IMG/VR virus record: IMGVR_UViG_3300045988_057866
DNA length: 58,147 bases
Direction: 5' to 3' (one strand)
DNA from: a virus
How positions within the stretch are numbered: the first letter of the stretch is position 1; the number at the start of each line of letters is the position of its first letter. Positions 35,247 through 42,899 of this stretch are shown here, piece after piece. The translations under genes were made by a program, and so were the position numbers. The notes under the pieces are model-generated. The model worked only from the letters and a program-made list of their open reading frames with translations, made no database searches and was not told the DNA's origin.

Positions 35247-35922
35247 GGACTACAAAGAGAAGATTAGAAAACTGCTGGCGTTGGCAGAAAGCCCGAATGA
35301 GCATGAGGCACGGGCGGCACTTCTGAAAGCCCGCCAGCTCATGGCGGAGCATAAGCTCACGGAGGCGGAGTTGAAAGATGTTGAGAAACAGCAGGTAAAG
35401 GACGTGAGAACCGACATCACCTGCAGCAAGAGGAGAGACCCGTGGATAGTAAGCCTCTCGGCGATTATCGGAGAGAACTATTGCTGCAAAGGGTACAGAT
35501 ACCGCAGGTACGGAGAACAGACGAACTGTATCGGGTTTATCGGCCTTGAGGACGACGTAGAGATATGCGTCGCAGTTTTCAAATACGCCGTCGATTGCGT
35601 CCTCTCAGAGATTAAGAACATCAAGAAAGAGAACGCCTGCTATTACAGCGACTATGTAAAGAGGCTCTGCAACAGCTACGGCTATGGATTTACCGCCGGA
35701 GTTTCGGAGGCATTCAGAAAGCAGCAGGAAGAAAATGAGCAGGGCTGGGGACTGGTTCTGGTTATGCCGAAAGAGGTCGAGGAGGCTTCACAGCATTTGG
35801 GACATGAGCAGTTCCAGAGCAGAGCGCAGAAGCATTTGCAGGGCAGCGAGTATTACAGAGGCTTTGAGGAGGGGACGGAGTTTGACCCGACAAAGAGACT
35901 GGGAGAGGAGGCGACGGTATGA
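35239..35922 (+). CDS. DUF2786-like protein
   Basis: ATG at 35239 follows AAGGAGG. The N-terminal KIRKLLALAESPNEHEARAALLKARQLMAEHKL is the DUF2786 signature as remembered. Confidence 0.55.
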   Translation: MDKDYKEKIRKLLALAESPNEHEARAALLKARQLMAEHKLTEAELKDVEKQQVKDVRTDITCSKRRDPWIVSLSAIIGENYCCKGYRYRRYGEQTNCIGFIGLEDDVEICVAVFKYAVDCVLSEIKNIKKENACYYSDYVKRLCNSYGYGFTAGVSEAFRKQQEENEQGWGLVLVMPKEVEEASQHLGHEQFQSRAQKHLQGSEYYRGFEEGTEFDPTKRLGEEATV

Positions 35923-36425
35923 GCGCAGGATATTACAAGCTGAAAGCAGCGGTTGACAAGGATTGTGTAAAGGACGGCGGAACCATGCACCCGGAGGGGT
36001 GTGTGGCCTGCGGAGGAAAGTGCTCCCATAAGTATTGCGATAAGTTCAAGTGGGTTATCGACAGAGCCAAAGCCTATGGGGAGGCTACCGGGCTGAACTG
36101 GGAGGATGTTCTTGACGGCTGGGAGACCGACAGAAACTATTGGTACATGAACTACTATCAGGACTGTAACCAGCCGGAAATCAAAGCAGGGAAAGTGAGG
36201 GTATTCGGAACGATACTTGAGTTGAAAGAGGCTATCGGAGAAATGAAGTTCCGTTGCCCGTCCTGCGGAAAAGAAAGCCTGAACCCTTATGAATGTAAAG
36301 CGTGTGGCTGGAAAGTTTACGGCCTGCTGGGAGACATGGGGAAAGGCGTTTTTGTCTATGTAAAGGAACAACTCAGAGGAGAGACCATGTTCATGCCGAT
36401 ATCTTGGGAGGAGGACAAAGTATGA
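35919..36425 (+). CDS. Cys-rich (zinc-ribbon-like) hypothetical protein
   Basis: CVACGGKCSHKYC and CPSCGKESLNPYECKACG motifs. 168 aa. Confidence 0.5.
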   Translation: MSAGYYKLKAAVDKDCVKDGGTMHPEGCVACGGKCSHKYCDKFKWVIDRAKAYGEATGLNWEDVLDGWETDRNYWYMNYYQDCNQPEIKAGKVRVFGTILELKEAIGEMKFRCPSCGKESLNPYECKACGWKVYGLLGDMGKGVFVYVKEQLRGETMFMPISWEEDKV

Positions 36426-36802
36426 TTTTCAGAAACGGCACCCACGCAGAGGAGTGGGCGGCAGCAATCTACCGGGCAGAAGCACACCGGGACGACGATA
36501 CAGCGAACCCGTACTTCGGGGCGAGCCTCTTTCTTATCACGGCGGTTCCGGGCCTGTATGACCGGGTAAAGGAACACATTCACAACGGCTGGGCGGACTA
36601 TTCGGAAATGCTTGAAATGAACCTATCCAGTGGCGAGAGGCTTATTGTCGAGTTGGCCGGGAACTTTTACAACGGCGGTTTCTTCGACGGATACAAGCCG
36701 TCGGACATTATCGAGAAACTGGACGCAGATACCGTGGAGCTTGTCGCCAGAGCCTTTGTACTGCGGAGACAACGCATTGACATGAATATGATTTTTGACT
36801 GA
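36422..36802 (+). CDS. Hypothetical protein
   Basis: ATG at 36422 follows GGGAGGAGG and overlaps the upstream stop (ATGA). Confidence 0.5.
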   Translation: MIFRNGTHAEEWAAAIYRAEAHRDDDTANPYFGASLFLITAVPGLYDRVKEHIHNGWADYSEMLEMNLSSGERLIVELAGNFYNGGFFDGYKPSDIIEKLDADTVELVARAFVLRRQRIDMNMIFD

Positions 36803-36831
36803 AAAAAGTTGAAAAAAATTCTCGGAAATGG

Positions 36832-36860
36832 TTGGGTTTCGGAACCCAAAAGAGTATAAT
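36832..36860 (+). promoter_or_regulatory. Sigma-A-type promoter TTGGGT-17-TATAAT with an embedded palindrome TTGGGTT-TCGG-AACCCAA
   Basis: It has the same AATGGTTG upstream context as the other two early promoters. The downstream ACAGTCAAGGGAAAC resembles ACAGTCAAGGAAAC after the 32179 promoter. Confidence 0.55.
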
Positions 36861-36922
36861 ATAATTACAGTCAAGGGAAACCAAGACGAGTAAGGCAGGC
36901 AAGGGTCGGAAAGGAGGACTTC

Positions 36923-37063
36923 ATGGAGGAAATGACAAAGGAAGAAATGCAGAGATACCTCATCAAGGAAGCGCAGAGAGGTAGCACGGAATTGGAAGCA
37001 TACAGAAACTTGATGGAGATTCTTGGTATCGAATTTCCGAACGACAACAAAAAAGCCGACTAA
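36923..37063 (+). CDS. Hypothetical small protein (46 aa, below the ORF-track cutoff)
   Basis: ATG at 36923 follows AAAGGAGG. The protein reads MEEMTKEEMQRYLIKEAQRGSTELEAYRNLMEILGIEFPNDNKKAD and the gene is followed by the GCCGACTA/TAGTCGGC hairpin. Confidence 0.45.
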   Translation: MEEMTKEEMQRYLIKEAQRGSTELEAYRNLMEILGIEFPNDNKKAD

Positions 37064-37097
37064 ATAGTCGGCAAGGCACGAGTAAGGGAGGGCGGGC

Positions 37098-37370
37098 TTG
37101 CCACCGCTCCCCACTCTTAAAATATTATATCACGCATTCAGCGGAATGGCAAGAGATAGGAGGTACAGAAGTTTGGCAAAAACAGGGCGGCCACTCAAGG
37201 AAAAGACCGTGTTATCACATAATGTAAAAGTCCGTCTTGACGACGAGACCCACGACAGATTACTCATTTACTGCGGGAAGAACCATGAGAAAGCCGCAGT
37301 TATCAGAGAGGCACTGAAAGCGTTCCTCGATACGGCAGGAGTACCCCACTGGGAGGACAAGGCAGAGTGA
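37098..37370 (+). CDS. Ribbon-helix-helix (CopG/MetJ-like) protein
   Basis: VKVRLDDETHDRLLIYCGKNHEKAAVIREALKAFLD has an RHH-like beta-alpha-alpha pattern. A TTG start at 37098 follows AGGGAGGG; ATG at 37146 is an alternative. Confidence 0.5.
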   Translation: MPPLPTLKILYHAFSGMARDRRYRSLAKTGRPLKEKTVLSHNVKVRLDDETHDRLLIYCGKNHEKAAVIREALKAFLDTAGVPHWEDKAE

Positions 37371-37630
37371 AAAAGGCAGGCAGAAAGCCGCAGATTATTT
37401 CCGACACGGAAAAGACCGAATACCGCCGGAATGGTTCAGAATATTTTCGGAAACACTTGGAACGGGCATGGAATTTCCAAAAATAAATCATTTAACGGTT
37501 AATTTAATTAACGAGTAACAGAGGGAAGAAACACCTGTATTCGAGAGTTTCCGGGGAGAAAACAGAACTATTCCGGCATTTCGGAAGTGTAATAGTTACA
37601 TAATCGACCATTCGACGACGAAAACACCAC

Positions 37631-37670
37631 AAAGTAAAGTATAGTAAAGTAAAGGAAAGTAAAGTAAATA
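37631..37670. repeat. Imperfect pentanucleotide tandem repeat (AAAGT)x8
   Basis: The units read AAAGT AAAGT ATAGT AAAGT AAAGG AAAGT AAAGT AAATA. The repeat ends 35 nt upstream of the ATG at 37706. Confidence 0.85.
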
Positions 37671-37705
37671 ATATTTATGCGATAATTCGGAAGGGAGGTT
37701 ACACT

Positions 37706-38020
37706 ATGGCTCGTAGATTTAATAACACCGCAAAGCGTCACAATCACCTTACGGCAGAGGAAAAGTGGGAGAGAGAAACCACACAGCTCCGTGCACTTGC
37801 TACCTCACAGTTTGGAGAGTATTGCAAGAATCGTTTCAACGTCCCGGAGGTGGAGGAAGCCGAAAAGGCGTTCAAGGAAGCCTTGCGGCAGATTTCAGAC
37901 CCGGAGCTGAGAAACACGCTTGACATGGCGACGGGAAAAATCTCATACGCCTATGAAATCTTAGGATTTTGTGCTGGACATTTTGCGCAGGACAGTAGGA
38001 GCCGGGCCGCATTTTTTTAG
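37706..38020 (+). CDS. Hypothetical protein
   Basis: A 104-aa ORF with an RBS (GGAAGGGAGG). Confidence 0.5.
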   Translation: MARRFNNTAKRHNHLTAEEKWERETTQLRALATSQFGEYCKNRFNVPEVEEAEKAFKEALRQISDPELRNTLDMATGKISYAYEILGFCAGHFAQDSRSRAAFF

Positions 38021-38033
38021 GCTTATTAGTGAT

Positions 38034-38069
38034 AACCTTAGAAGTATCACAAATAATATTTCTAAGGTT
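38034..38069. repeat. Perfect 10-bp inverted repeat AACCTTAGAA-N16-TTCTAAGGTT (candidate attP core for the serine recombinase)
   Basis: Read by eye. It lies 42 nt from the 3' end of the recombinase gene, in a non-coding AT-rich region. Confidence 0.35.
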
Positions 38070-38080
38070 GTAAGCAAAAT

Positions 38081-38108
38081 AAGCCGCCCCGCAAAGGGAC
38101 GGCTTTTG
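38081..38108. terminator. Bidirectional Rho-independent terminator
   Basis: AAGCCGCCC pairs with GGGACGGCTT (one bulge). T-runs flank it on both strands (TTTTG on plus, TTATTTT on minus). It sits between two convergent genes. Confidence 0.65.
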
Positions 38109-38110
38109 TA

Positions 38111-39694
38111 TTACTCGATTTTGGGCGGCAACTTCGGATAAAGCACCAGCTCGAAATTATCAAATGGGCCATTTCGCCCGGAACGTTCATTCTTTGTGTA
38201 CTCGACCTTTTCAAGAACCTCTTTGAGCATTTCGTTTTTTGCTTGAGCAGAGGGGAGAACGGGGTACACTTCGAGGAGCTTTTCGACCTTTGGTATTACG
38301 TTAAGGCGACTTGCTGCACGTTCCTTATCCGCCTGCACTTCGGCGGTAAGGGTAGAAATATCTTCCTCGGCAGCAGCAATACGCTCGGTGAGAGAGCGGG
38401 AGCGCACAAGGAAAGTGTCGGTATCGTAAACACCCTGTTCCAAAAGGTCGTGGGTACGGTCGAGTTGCTTGTGCAGCGTTTCGAGTTCGGCCACAGTTTT
38501 GCGCAGAGCTTTTTGTTTGAGGTCGAGGATGGCTTGCTCGTCCGCTGGGAGTTTATCAGACCATTCGAGGCGATAACCGTCCAGCCATGAGGAGAGAGCC
38601 TGCAGTAACCGTTCTTCGACGTATTCATACTTTGAGCCTACATTGTCGCAGATACGGTTGTGACAGATGAGAATATCAATCCGGCCTCTCCGCAGGACGA
38701 TACTGCGGCCACATTTCCCGCAGACCAAAATACCAGCCAGAGGATTTACCACGGAATTTCGCTTCGGAACCGGCGGCGGGCCGGAGCGTTTGAGCAGGTC
38801 TTGAGCTTTCTGGAAAATGGCTTCGTCAACTATCGCAGAGTGCAGACCGTCAACGTAGATTACCTCTTCGGCAGGAGCCTTGTACCGCTCAACCTCAATG
38901 GAGTTGTTGACAATCCTTTTCTTGGATTTGTTCACACCCCAGCGGACTTTGCCAATGTATGCAGGATTTTGTAAAATGCACTGCACAGTCCTGTCATTCC
39001 AATATTGAGCAGAGGAGGGCGGAGCTACACCCAAACTGTCGAGCCGCTTCGAGATAGTGTATGTTCCGAGCCGCCGGACTTCGCCGTTATCGTCCTCCTC
39101 GCCAGAGGTATAGAGTTTGAAAATAAAGCGGACGATATCAGCCTGTTCTTCAACAGGGCGGAGCGTCCAGCCCTTATCGCCCTTAATGCGGACACGCTCA
39201 TACCCGTAAGGTGCAAGCCCGGACACCCATTTGCCCTCTTTTGCAGAGGCGTTCCGACCACGGACTAAGCGGCGTTTTATTGTTTTATATTCTCGGCGGG
39301 ACATGAACAGGCCGAACTCGAAATATTCTTCGTCAAATTCGTTCGCTGGGTCGTACACTTTCAACGGCGTAATGATTTTAGTACCGGAGTATTTGAAAGC
39401 CTGCGCCATAACACCTTGGTCGATTGTGTCACCACGGGCAAGACGCTCGACCTCAACGACGAGAACACCCTCCCACTTTCCGTCCTCGACCTCTTGCAGG
39501 AGCTTTTGGACGACGGGGCGGGCGGCTATTGTTTCGCCAGAGACGATTTCACGGTAGATTTGAGTGATATTATAATGCCCTCGTTTTGCAACTTCGAGCA
39601 GGAGTTTTTCGTGACGGGCCAGAGTTTCACCCTCGCCGTGAGCCTCCGCCTCGATGTCGGCACGGGATTTACGCAAGTAAAGGCAGTAAGCCAA
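38111..39694 (-). CDS. int: Large serine recombinase (integrase)
   Basis: It has an N-terminal resolvase-type catalytic region YLRKSRAD, a recombinase domain, and a zinc-ribbon GILVCGKCGR...ICHNRICDN followed by a coiled coil. The TTG at 39694 sits 8 nt after GAGGAGG. The ORF-track ATG at 39727 has no RBS. Confidence 0.85.
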   Translation of the reverse strand: MAYCLYLRKSRADIEAEAHGEGETLARHEKLLLEVAKRGHYNITQIYREIVSGETIAARPVVQKLLQEVEDGKWEGVLVVEVERLARGDTIDQGVMAQAFKYSGTKIITPLKVYDPANEFDEEYFEFGLFMSRREYKTIKRRLVRGRNASAKEGKWVSGLAPYGYERVRIKGDKGWTLRPVEEQADIVRFIFKLYTSGEEDDNGEVRRLGTYTISKRLDSLGVAPPSSAQYWNDRTVQCILQNPAYIGKVRWGVNKSKKRIVNNSIEVERYKAPAEEVIYVDGLHSAIVDEAIFQKAQDLLKRSGPPPVPKRNSVVNPLAGILVCGKCGRSIVLRRGRIDILICHNRICDNVGSKYEYVEERLLQALSSWLDGYRLEWSDKLPADEQAILDLKQKALRKTVAELETLHKQLDRTHDLLEQGVYDTDTFLVRSRSLTERIAAAEEDISTLTAEVQADKERAASRLNVIPKVEKLLEVYPVLPSAQAKNEMLKEVLEKVEYTKNERSGRNGPFDNFELVLYPKLPPKIE

Positions 39695-39752
39695 AATAAA
39701 CACCTCCTCAGTAAAAAAGCCCCTCATACAGAGGGGCGGAAATCAACAACGA

Positions 39753-40358
39753 TTACATTGCTGTCTTGCCGGAGAACTCGCCTGTTACGCCGTTCTTGAC
39801 GTTAAAAGCAATTTCCATATCGGCTTGCATGAGCCGGTCAAGCAGAGAAGCAATCTCGTTTTTGAGCTGGGACTGCAAGGCCATGAGGTCAGACAGCACA
39901 ACGGGGTCTGTAACCGCACCGCCAGTAGCTTCAATCTTCTTTTGGATTTCAGAGCGGAGCGACTGCAAGGTACGCAGCAGTTCCTCGTAGAGAGCGATAC
40001 GCTCCGGGCGAGCGCATTTCATATCCCGGTTGAGGAGCCGGTAGAAATCGTCAAAGCATTTTGAGACAGCCGGACGCAGTTCGGCAGGCAGACTGTTAAA
40101 ATGCTTCTGGAAGTTTACGGTATCGTTGTAAAACACGTCCTCACTATGATTTGGACGGTCTGTATATCCAAGCAGGTAGTCGGTAGAAACACCGAAATAC
40201 TTCGCCAGCAGGCAGACGGTATCGAGGTCTGGTTGTTTACCCTCGGTCTCGTAGCCAGAGACGGTGGAACGCTTTTTGTAAATGATTTTTGCTATATCCT
40301 CTTGCGTGAGATTACGCTCTTTACGCAGGGATATGAGGCGGTTTGCGAATTTTGACAT
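39753..40358 (-). CDS. CI-like repressor (XRE-family HTH)
   Basis: N-terminal HTH: LISLRKERNLTQEDIAKIIYKKRSTVSGYETEGKQPDLDTVCLLAKYFGVSTDYLLG. It is divergent from a Cro-like gene and lies next to the integrase. Confidence 0.8.
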   Translation of the reverse strand: MSKFANRLISLRKERNLTQEDIAKIIYKKRSTVSGYETEGKQPDLDTVCLLAKYFGVSTDYLLGYTDRPNHSEDVFYNDTVNFQKHFNSLPAELRPAVSKCFDDFYRLLNRDMKCARPERIALYEELLRTLQSLRSEIQKKIEATGGAVTDPVVLSDLMALQSQLKNEIASLLDRLMQADMEIAFNVKNGVTGEFSGKTAM

Positions 40359-40380
40359 AGTAATGCACCTCCAAAGTTTG

Positions 40381-40409
40381 ATTATATCGGGTTTGCCCCG
40401 TTTTGTGTA
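40381..40409 (-). promoter_or_regulatory. Leftward promoter for the CI-like gene (TACACA-17-TATAAT on the minus strand)
   Basis: The -10 box is at 40381-40386 and the -35 box at 40404-40409. The spacer contains a TTGCCCC box (40393-40399). Confidence 0.5.
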
Positions 40410-40468
40410 GCGATTGCCCCGAAAATCGGCAAAATATAAAAAACAACCGAATATTTCTGGAAAAATGG

Positions 40469-40497
40469 TTGACTTTGCCCCAAACAGGAACTATACT
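40469..40497 (+). promoter_or_regulatory. Rightward early promoter TTGACT-17-TATACT
   Basis: The -35 box is at 40469-40474 and the -10 box at 40492-40497. A TTGCCCC box lies immediately after the -35 box, as in the promoter at 32179. Confidence 0.65.
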
Positions 40498-40548
40498 ATA
40501 ATCACAGCAACCCAAACGGGGGCAAAACGATTGAGAAAGGAGCAAGAA

Positions 40549-40761
40549 ATGAGAGCAAAGCTGAAAGCGTTGCGGGAAGCCAACGGCTACACCCAACAGA
40601 CATTAAGTGACGCTATCGGAATGAGCCGTAGCCACTATTCACAGGTAGAGAGCGGAGACAAACAACCGTCGCTGAAACTGGCACTCCGCATTAAGCGAGC
40701 TTTGAACTACTACGGTGACGACATTTTCGATAACACAATGCCGCCAGTAAGAAAGCGATAA
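40549..40761 (+). CDS. Cro-like XRE-family HTH regulator
   Basis: ATG at 40549 follows AAAGGAG. The 70-aa protein has the HTH segment LKALREANGYTQQTLSDAIGMSRSHYSQVESG. The ORF-track start at 40414 would span the promoter. Confidence 0.75.
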   Translation: MRAKLKALREANGYTQQTLSDAIGMSRSHYSQVESGDKQPSLKLALRIKRALNYYGDDIFDNTMPPVRKR

Positions 40762-40776
40762 ATTTTTTTACCAACG

Positions 40777-40794
40777 AATGACCCAAAACGGGAC
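40777..40794 (+). promoter_or_regulatory. Copy of AATGACCCAAAACGGGAC immediately downstream of the Cro-like gene
   Basis: The 18-mer is identical to 16-33. With its flanks it can form AATGACCC/GGGACATT pairing with one mismatch. Confidence 0.4.
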
Positions 40795-40890
40795 ATTCAA
40801 GACATAGAAAGAGCAAATATATGACGCTGTAAGCGTCGAACCCCTTGTTTCAATCTATGAAAATTTTACACCGGGAGGAGGCGAAAATAA

Positions 40891-41385
40891 ATGGCGAGGC
40901 AGGCAACAAAAGCCTGTGGCAACAGGTACTACGAGGCACGAATGAGAGCAGCAATGTACAACGAGAAGTTCTTGACACGAGCCGGGGCAGTAGAAAGCCT
41001 ACCGGGAGTGACAGAGGACAGCCTCAAGAAATACGAGCTGGATATTAACCGGCCGCCGAACATCGTTGTAGCTCTCATGGCAGATGCCTATAACGAGCCG
41101 GAGTTGCGGAGTTGGTATTGCGCCAACGAGTGTCCGCTCGGTAGGGATTGCAGAGAGATACCCGAAATGCCAGCAGAAAGGGCATTGATAAGGCTGCAGA
41201 ACTCAGTTTACGAAATGCAGGAGGTTACACGGCAGATTGGAAAGCTCATGGAGGACGGGAAACTCTCGGAGGGAGAAAAACTGGCAGTTCCGGGCATTAG
41301 AGAGCAGTTGTTAGAGTTCCGGCGCAGAGCCGATGAAACCCTTGCGGTTCTCGAAAAAGCCGTGAAACAGGGAATATTTACATAG
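40891..41385 (+). CDS. Hypothetical early protein
   Basis: A 164-aa ORF with a strong RBS (GGGAGGAGG). Confidence 0.55.
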   Translation: MARQATKACGNRYYEARMRAAMYNEKFLTRAGAVESLPGVTEDSLKKYELDINRPPNIVVALMADAYNEPELRSWYCANECPLGRDCREIPEMPAERALIRLQNSVYEMQEVTRQIGKLMEDGKLSEGEKLAVPGIREQLLEFRRRADETLAVLEKAVKQGIFT

Positions 41386-41402
41386 CCGAAAGGAGGTGCG
41401 GA

Positions 41403-41606
41403 ATGGTTGAGGCAAATATCGTCAGAGATTTTACCATAGGCAACACCCGGATAAAGATTGCTGACGATTATTGCAGAACAGCCGGGGAAGCCGAGCAGAT
41501 ATTGAGAGACATAGCGGTACAGGCTCAACGGCAGTTGATAGCAGCAGCTTCAATCAAGCGTTATGGACAAGAGGAAAATGCGAACAGTGCCGCCAATGGT
41601 GGTTAG
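41403..41606 (+). CDS. Hypothetical small protein
   Basis: A 67-aa ORF with an RBS (AAAGGAGGTG). Confidence 0.5.
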   Translation: MVEANIVRDFTIGNTRIKIADDYCRTAGEAEQILRDIAVQAQRQLIAAASIKRYGQEENANSAANGG

Positions 41607-42165
41607 CATAGCGGCTGGTGTGGTGTTCTTCACCGCCGGAGTGTACGCAATCAAAGGCAGTGCCACAATGCAGTTGCAGAACACGGAACATCGGACAATC
41701 GTATCGACGCAGGAAGGAAGCCCGACGGTGGAAATCAGTTCGAGCGAACTCACTTACACGCAGTCACCGGCCCCTACATACCAGAGCTTAGTCAAGAGCC
41801 GGGATTGGGACGCAGACGAAAGCCAGATGTTAATGCAAATTGCAATGGCGGAGGCAGAGGGAGAGGACACGGAGGGAAAAGCACTGGTAATGTGCGTAGT
41901 GCTTAACCGTGTATGGAGTGAGGGCTTCCCGGACAGTATCGAGGAGGTAATCTTCCAACCGAAACAGTTTAGCCCGGTATGCGAGGGCGGCAGATATTAC
42001 ACAACAGAGGCGGACGCAGATTGCAGAGCGGCGTTGGAAATGGTTGTGAACGGCTGGGACGAAAGCGAGGGTGCGCTGTACTTTGAGAGCTGCGAAAACA
42101 GCAGTTGGCACAGTCAGAACCTTGAGCTGCTATTCCAGCACGGCGGACACAGATTTTACAGGTAG
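41563..42165 (+). CDS. SleB-type cell wall hydrolase with an N-terminal TM anchor
   Basis: MQIAMAEAEGEDTEGKALVMCVVLNRVWSEGFPDSIEEVIFQPKQFSP matches the Hydrolase_2 (SleB) signature. The TM segment is VVSIAAGVVFFTAGVYAI. ATG at 41578 is an alternative start. Confidence 0.75.
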   Translation: MDKRKMRTVPPMVVSIAAGVVFFTAGVYAIKGSATMQLQNTEHRTIVSTQEGSPTVEISSSELTYTQSPAPTYQSLVKSRDWDADESQMLMQIAMAEAEGEDTEGKALVMCVVLNRVWSEGFPDSIEEVIFQPKQFSPVCEGGRYYTTEADADCRAALEMVVNGWDESEGALYFESCENSSWHSQNLELLFQHGGHRFYR

Positions 42166-42178
42166 GAGGCACAGGACA

Positions 42179-42442
42179 ATGACAAGAGCGCAGGCGAGAC
42201 GCAAGAAAAGACGTAAGGCGAAAATGCAGAGAGCATTAGGCTGGACGCTGATATTTGCATTTGAATTTATCGTGTCGGCAGCACCGGCAGCGATTACAGC
42301 AGCATTTTTAATTCCAATGGCAAATGCCAGCAGACATTATCCCGGAATTGGAGGAGAGTGGATTGCGATTATGCTTGTATTCTGCTTGGTATTCAAGGCA
42401 GTGCATGAGCGCATTTGTGACTGGATTTTCGAGGAGGAATAA
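42179..42442 (+). CDS. Small membrane protein
   Basis: ATG at 42179 follows TAGGAGG. It has a basic N-terminus and two hydrophobic segments. Confidence 0.5.
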   Translation: MTRAQARRKKRRKAKMQRALGWTLIFAFEFIVSAAPAAITAAFLIPMANASRHYPGIGGEWIAIMLVFCLVFKAVHERICDWIFEEE

Positions 42443-42448
42443 ACAGGA

Positions 42449-42625
42449 ATGGCATATTACAACACTTGCCCGGATTGCGGAAGCAATCTTGACCCCGGAG
42501 AGACCTGCGAGTGCAGGACACGACAGCAGTTCCAGACAGGAGGGACAGAAGATGTCAGAGGCAGATTTGAAACAGGAAGCAGAGCAGAGACTCGGAACAG
42601 AGATAGAGAGCTCAGAGTGGGATAA
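42449..42625 (+). CDS. Small zinc-ribbon protein (58 aa, below the ORF-track cutoff)
   Basis: MAYYNTCPDCGSNLDPGETCEC is a pattern common in small Firmicutes-phage proteins. It overlaps the next gene by about 74 nt, so its true extent is uncertain. Confidence 0.35.
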   Translation: MAYYNTCPDCGSNLDPGETCECRTRQQFQTGGTEDVRGRFETGSRAETRNRDRELRVG

Positions 42626-42830
42626 GACAAAGAGCTACGCAGAACGCAAGCTCAAAGGCATTATCGAGAGATTTGGAGACGAGGGAGGAATAAGACGGGA
42701 GCCTTGGTATTTAGCCCAGCTCATAGCTGAAACGGTTCAGCAGAATAGATTCTCTCGGTTCACGATTGAACTCATGGAGCTTAACCAATACGCAGACATG
42801 GAGATAAAAAAAGGACAGCCCGTGTCATAA
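42552..42830 (+). CDS. Hypothetical protein
   Basis: ATG at 42552 follows CAGGAGGGA. The ORF-track start at 42324 overlaps the previous gene. Confidence 0.5.
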   Translation: MSEADLKQEAEQRLGTEIESSEWDKTKSYAERKLKGIIERFGDEGGIRREPWYLAQLIAETVQQNRFSRFTIELMELNQYADMEIKKGQPVS

Positions 42831-42899
42831 ACACGAACCGTCCACTACGCTATATCTCCATTGTAGCACGAAATTTTTCGGATTACAAGGAGGAATATT

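Noticed and set aside
37052-37075. GCCGACTA-AA-TAGTCGGC hairpin as a terminator
   Set aside because: The loop is too small for the full stem and no T-run follows. It may be a weak structure or a protein site, and I did not annotate it as a terminator.
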